From: Eledone cirrhosa
Lineage: Eukaryota
NCBI GenBank assembly: GCA_964016885.1
Contig: OZ024740.1
Location: 118,420,001 to 118,484,000 of the forward strand
Direction of reading: 5' to 3'
Length of the DNA stretch: 64,000 nt
In this document: positions 57,234 through 64,000 of the stretch, one piece after another
Position numbering within the stretch: the first letter of the stretch is position 1
Layout: every line of letters starts with the position of its first letter
Notes under the pieces: generated by a model
Databases searched by the model: none
The model's input: only the letters and a program-made list of their open reading frames with translations
Told to the model about the DNA's origin: nothing
Position numbers and translations under genes: made by a program

Positions 57234-57769
57234 TTATTGTATAGAAGGAGCTTCTACAGGGCTAGTACTGTTTCATTCAGATGAAATCTTCAGGAAGCTG
57301 GTTGTCACATTAAGTTCTGGTATTTATACATTTAGGTAGTGATTTTGTTTATTTTTATTTATTTATTCATTTATCTATTTATTCATTTATTTATTTATTT
57401 ATTTATTTATTTACTTATTTATTTACTTTTTCTTTTTCTTTTCCTTTTATTTTACAAAAGCACTCTGGCTAATTGACCTCTCCCCAAAGTTGTGGTCCTG
57501 TGTATCTAAATACCATCCTACCCAAACAATCCCCCCCACCCCCACCCACCCACCCCCTTACCACTACCTAAATGTATAAATACCAGAACTTAATATGACA
57601 CCCAGCTTCCTGAAGATTTCATCTGAATGAAACAGTACTAGTCGTGTAGAAGCTCCTTCTATACAATAAATATATTTTACTCTGCCATGTATTGAGTACC
57701 TTACTTACTGTGGTTATCCCCGACTCAACCCGGGACCTACGAATATTATATATAAATACATATGTTTTA

Positions 57770-57852
<83 letters not shown>

Positions 57853-57874
57853 GTTTTATGTATATATATATATG

Positions 57875-57905
<31 letters not shown>

Positions 57906-57916
57906 CATAAATTTTA

Positions 57917-57966
<50 letters not shown>

Positions 57967-57977
57967 CATATGTTTTA

Positions 57978-58031
<54 letters not shown>

Positions 58032-58088
58032 CATATGTTTTATATATATATATATATGTATGTTTTATATATATATATATATATACAT

Positions 58089-58129
<41 letters not shown>

Positions 58130-58170
58130 GTTTTATATATATATATATATTTCATAAATATATATATATT

Positions 58171-58225
<55 letters not shown>

Positions 58226-58434
58226 GTTTTATATATATATATACATATACTTACATTTAAGTAATTGCCGTACTAAGAGTGAGAAATGAAATTTCGTTTC
58301 ATTCTATTCCATTTATCGTGTTCGGTGCGCCCGGCCGACTAAACTCACTCGATATGCAAATTATGCTGCTCAGCCGTTAATATGCATAAGGAAAGTATAT
58401 ACTTTCAGACGTTCAACCATCTGGTGGAAGGTAT

Positions 58435-58477
58435 ACGATGATGACGATAGCTAATAAGCTTGAAACTAGTACATCGT
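58435..58477 (+). ncRNA. Minimal hammerhead-like motif (C3>A)
   Basis: acgatg-ATGACGA-t agct aata agct t-GAAAC ta GTA-catcgt: 6-bp helix I, palindrome ACTAGT. Confidence 0.65.
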
Positions 58478-58757
58478 TCCTGGGTCTGTGTTGAACAAAA
58501 ATGTGACGTGGTTGCCTAAACACTGTACGGCGTAATTCGGGCTGTTTGTTTGTTTACAAACAAACCGAGCATTATAATAAATGTTCAGTAAACCGATACG
58601 TGCATATATATATATGTCTGAATGTATGTATATATATACATACTACTGTACGTCTGTATACATATATGTATGTACGTATACATACATACTTACATTTAAG
58701 TAACTGCCGTTCTAAGAGTGACGAATGAAATTTCGTTTCATTCTATTCCATTTATAT

Positions 58758-58814
<57 letters not shown>

Positions 58815-58833
58815 GTTTTATATATATAAATAT

Positions 58834-58904
<71 letters not shown>

Positions 58905-58905
<1 letters not shown>

Positions 58906-59620
58906 TACAAATGTAAGTAGAGCATAATCGAAGCTCTGGCCTCAGCTAAGCTAACAAATGCAATCGGAATGTACATCTAAACACTCAATAAGTTATTTTA
59001 CCTTAGAGTAATAACATTACGTTTAGATAGCTTTGCAAATTGAAGATTGCGACCGGTAAACTAGCCGCAATACCAAAGCAACGTGAAAACTGATTCAGGA
59101 TGATTTGACAAACCTGGACCATCGCGTTGATATTATGAAATATCTTCGCTAGGTTCTGTGAATTCGAAATCAACAAAATCCACTTGCGGGGCATGCAAGT
59201 TATTGGTTTTGGAAGGTCGAACAGAGGATTTACTTTCTCAACAGGTATCGGTTTTCAGCCACGCCGGTAGTGAATGTTAGCAGTAAACATTGCTGGTGGT
59301 CACAGGGTTTTCCCAAAGAGAGGTAACCCCCGGTTTTTGGCGATTGAAATTCAAATTTTGAACAAAGGAATACATTCCTTTCACAAACCGAATAAAGCTC
59401 TCGGCCAGACGTTATTAAACAAACCTAAATAAGTAACCAATCAATAGAATTCTCTAATTGAATTATTAATCAATTGATCATGAATTCTAGGAGATAATAA
59501 TACAAATGGAAGTACAGCATAATCAAAGCTCTGGCCGCAGCTAAGCTAACGAATGCAATCTGAATGTACAGCTAAGCACCCAATAAGGTATTTTAGCTTA
59601 GAGTAATAACATTACGTTTT
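58905..59620. repeat. About 120-bp direct repeats (58905-59025, 59500-59620) around a 480-bp unique segment
   Basis: Visible diverged duplication, flanked by (TA)n. Confidence 0.7.
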
Positions 59621-59728
59621 ATGTACACATATATACATAAGTTTTATATATATACATATATACATATGTTTTAATATATATATGTATATACATATGTTTT
59701 AATATATATATATATATATATACATATG

Positions 59729-59770
<42 letters not shown>

Positions 59771-59947
59771 TTATAAATATATATATACATATATAAACAT
59801 ATGTCTTATATATATATATACATATATTTTATATATATATACATATGTTTTATATATATATATATACATATGTTTTATATATATATATACATATGTTATA
59901 TATATATATATACATATGTTTTATATATATATATACATACGTTTTAT

Positions 59948-60166
59948 AGTCCATGGGACGAGTTAGGAAGAAGTGGTTACACAACATTTAGTTCACCATA
60001 CCAAGAACAATTGCTTCACCTTAGTTGATCCTCAGCTCGTAATGGACATGGTTATACGTATAACCATGTCAATTAAGAGGTGAGGATCCGTAAGGTCAAA
60101 CATCTGTTCTCGGTATGGTAAACTAACTGTTGTGTAACCACTTCTATCTAAATCGTCCCATGGACT
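59948..60166. repeat. Palindromic pair of pLTR ends (family of 29.09-29.17 kb) with two decayed hammerheads
   Basis: Arms of about 110 bp centred on ggttatac|gtataacc, homologous to 29087-29175. Confidence 0.85.
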
Positions 60167-60188
60167 GAGTGGTCTACCCCTGTTCTAC

Positions 60189-60229
<41 letters not shown>

Positions 60230-60230
60230 T

Positions 60231-62459
<2,229 letters not shown>

Positions 62460-62480
62460 TATATACATATGTTTTATATA

Positions 62481-62548
<68 letters not shown>

Positions 62549-62616
62549 AAAGTGTGTTTTTTTTTACAAAATGAAAAATAACCGGGTGTCCTACACGAGT
62601 GAAAGTATAAAGAAAA

Positions 62617-62890
62617 AAAGATTAAATCGAAAATGCAACTGGAGTCTTATTAAAAAAAATATATATATATATTTATTTGGTTCCTTTACTGGTTTCGCAG
62701 TTCTTCTGCTTTTCAAAAGTAGAATTGAGATGGAGGGTCTGTGGTTTTTCTCATATCTGAGAAAAAACAAACACGCTCCATCTCAATTCTACTTTTGAAA
62801 AGCAGGAGAACTGCGAAACCGGCAAAGGAACCAAATAAATATATTTTTAAAAAAAATAAGACTCCAGTTGCATTTTCGATTTCATCATTT
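62617..62890. repeat. Palindromic pair of pLTR-like arms, each with a U3-A8 hammerhead (62684-62719 minus; 62792-62827 plus)
   Basis: Arms of about 130 bp centred near 62755. ctt-TTGAAAA-gcag n5 ctgc-GAAAC cr GYA-aag, then AATAAA in both arms. Confidence 0.8.
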
Positions 62891-62954
62891 TTTCTATATA
62901 TATATATATACATATGTTTTCTATATATACATATGTTTTAGATATATATATATA

Positions 62955-63420
62955 TGAGAGTATTGAAGTTTGCTTGAAGCATTGTGGAATAATAAGGTAA
63001 ATTTCTTTAAGTCGTATGGAAGCCTCGACAATGCAGTTGGGTAAATCTCCGGGTAACAAGATACGGTAGTGGAGAGTGTATGTGGGTGAACGTTGAGATG
63101 CGTGGCGTGTAGAAGACTGTAGCGTGTAGAAGAATGTAGGAAAGAGAATAAGGGATAAAAATAAAAATAATAACACGAGATAGGGAGAGATTTAATTGTC
63201 CCTCTATATTTCACATCCATCAACTGGGTTTTTTTTCCGGGGGGCGGGATGTTGTCTGTCGGAAAGGTGCGAAACGTGTCCTCCACTGTTCGTTCTTTTG
63301 AATATCTGAGGTATTCAACAGAGCACGCGTGTGCGTAAAATGTGGTCGGTCAAGCAGAGGTCGGCGGCCGAAATAGTTCTTTCAATTGTGGGAGTAGGGT
63401 GGAGCTAGCTGTCATTCCAT
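62955..63420 (-). mobile_element. Degenerate PLE 3' fragment
   Basis: Minus remnants LAPPYSHN and DLCLTDHIL...LLN resemble the Naiad endonuclease C-terminus. Confidence 0.45.
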
Positions 63421-63636
63421 ATATATATATATATACATATGTTATATATATATATATATAGTAATAAGAATATTTATATTTATATATATTTGATATAACT
63501 ATAAATATGTAGGGTAGTACTAAGTACTAGCCGATTACCGGTATGACAAAAGGCTCAATGCAAATTTTCAAGTGTTTTACAGAGCCGAGATACAAAGTGT
63601 TATAACGATCAAATTTTAGTTTAGAGCATTTATTTG

Positions 63637-63679
63637 CTAACAATTGTTTCTTCCAGAGAGGAGTCTGGGATCATCGGAG
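63637..63679 (-). ncRNA. Hammerhead-like motif (CCGATGA core) in a pLTR running out of the window
   Basis: Minus: ct-CCGATGA-tc ccaga ctcctc tctgg aa-GAAAC aatt GTT-ag, then AATAAA. Confidence 0.6.
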
Positions 63680-64000
63680 GATAAGGAATGTCGAAACATG
63701 TAACTAAAATCCTAGTCATTTAGAATATTTAGGGTACATAATTGTTATTAGTGTCAAAGGCATCATGTGGAGAGTCAGGAGTTAAAAATATGTTCTGCTT
63801 GAAAGAACACAATTACAGGCAGCACTGGTTGGAAGTGTAATAGGTATAAGTAAAAATCACAAGCAAAAAAATCTCAAGCTGAAAAAAACACAGGCAAAAA
63901 AGTTATAAGCAAGGAAAATGGGTGTACAATGCAGGAGTCAAAACAGTCAATAAGGCATGTATGAGGAAAGAGTTATAATGCAGTTGAAATAAACATATTT

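Larger units (their letters stand above)
54680..57760. repeat. Tandem array, 3 units of about 1.06 kb, each holding an inverted pair of pLTR-like arms
   Basis: Identical non-microsatellite blocks with periods 1061 and 1055 bp. Arms 55112-55225 and 55446-55559 in unit 1. Confidence 0.93.

Noticed and set aside
58905-59620. TRIM-type LTR element
   Set aside because: Direct repeats are present, but no PBS or polypurine tract was found on either strand.

Overview
AT-rich animal genomic DNA. The SINE, RTE and microsatellite repertoire suggests a cephalopod or other mollusc, which is an inference. I recognise no intact host gene. The window splits sharply at about 28.64 kb. The left part (1-28.6 kb) is CpG-depleted. 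It carries a near full-length RTE-clade LINE broken by one stop codon and with a PHD finger inserted in its RT, plus RTE-tailed and other tRNA-type SINEs, hAT and Tc1/pogo MITEs, a Helitron 3' end, a local duplication, decayed exon-like segments and a 200-N gap. The right part (28.6-64 kb) is a dense cluster of at least 10 mostly 5'-truncated Penelope-like retroelements (PLEs; Naiad- and Neptune-type RT plus GIY-YIG) lodged in (TA)n tracts, plus a non-coding LTR element. Reading the PLE 3' ends by eye gave about 20 type I hammerhead ribozyme (HHR) motifs and about 5 degenerate ones. Many are non-canonical: U·U at the base of helix II, a U3-A8 or A4 core, or 90-116-nt hairpin helix II. Several occur as head-to-head palindromic pairs. 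One pair is amplified as a 3x ~1.06-kb tandem array with a ribozyme on each strand, the best candidate for an undescribed retrozyme- or viroid-like unit. All RNA structures were paired by eye, not computed.
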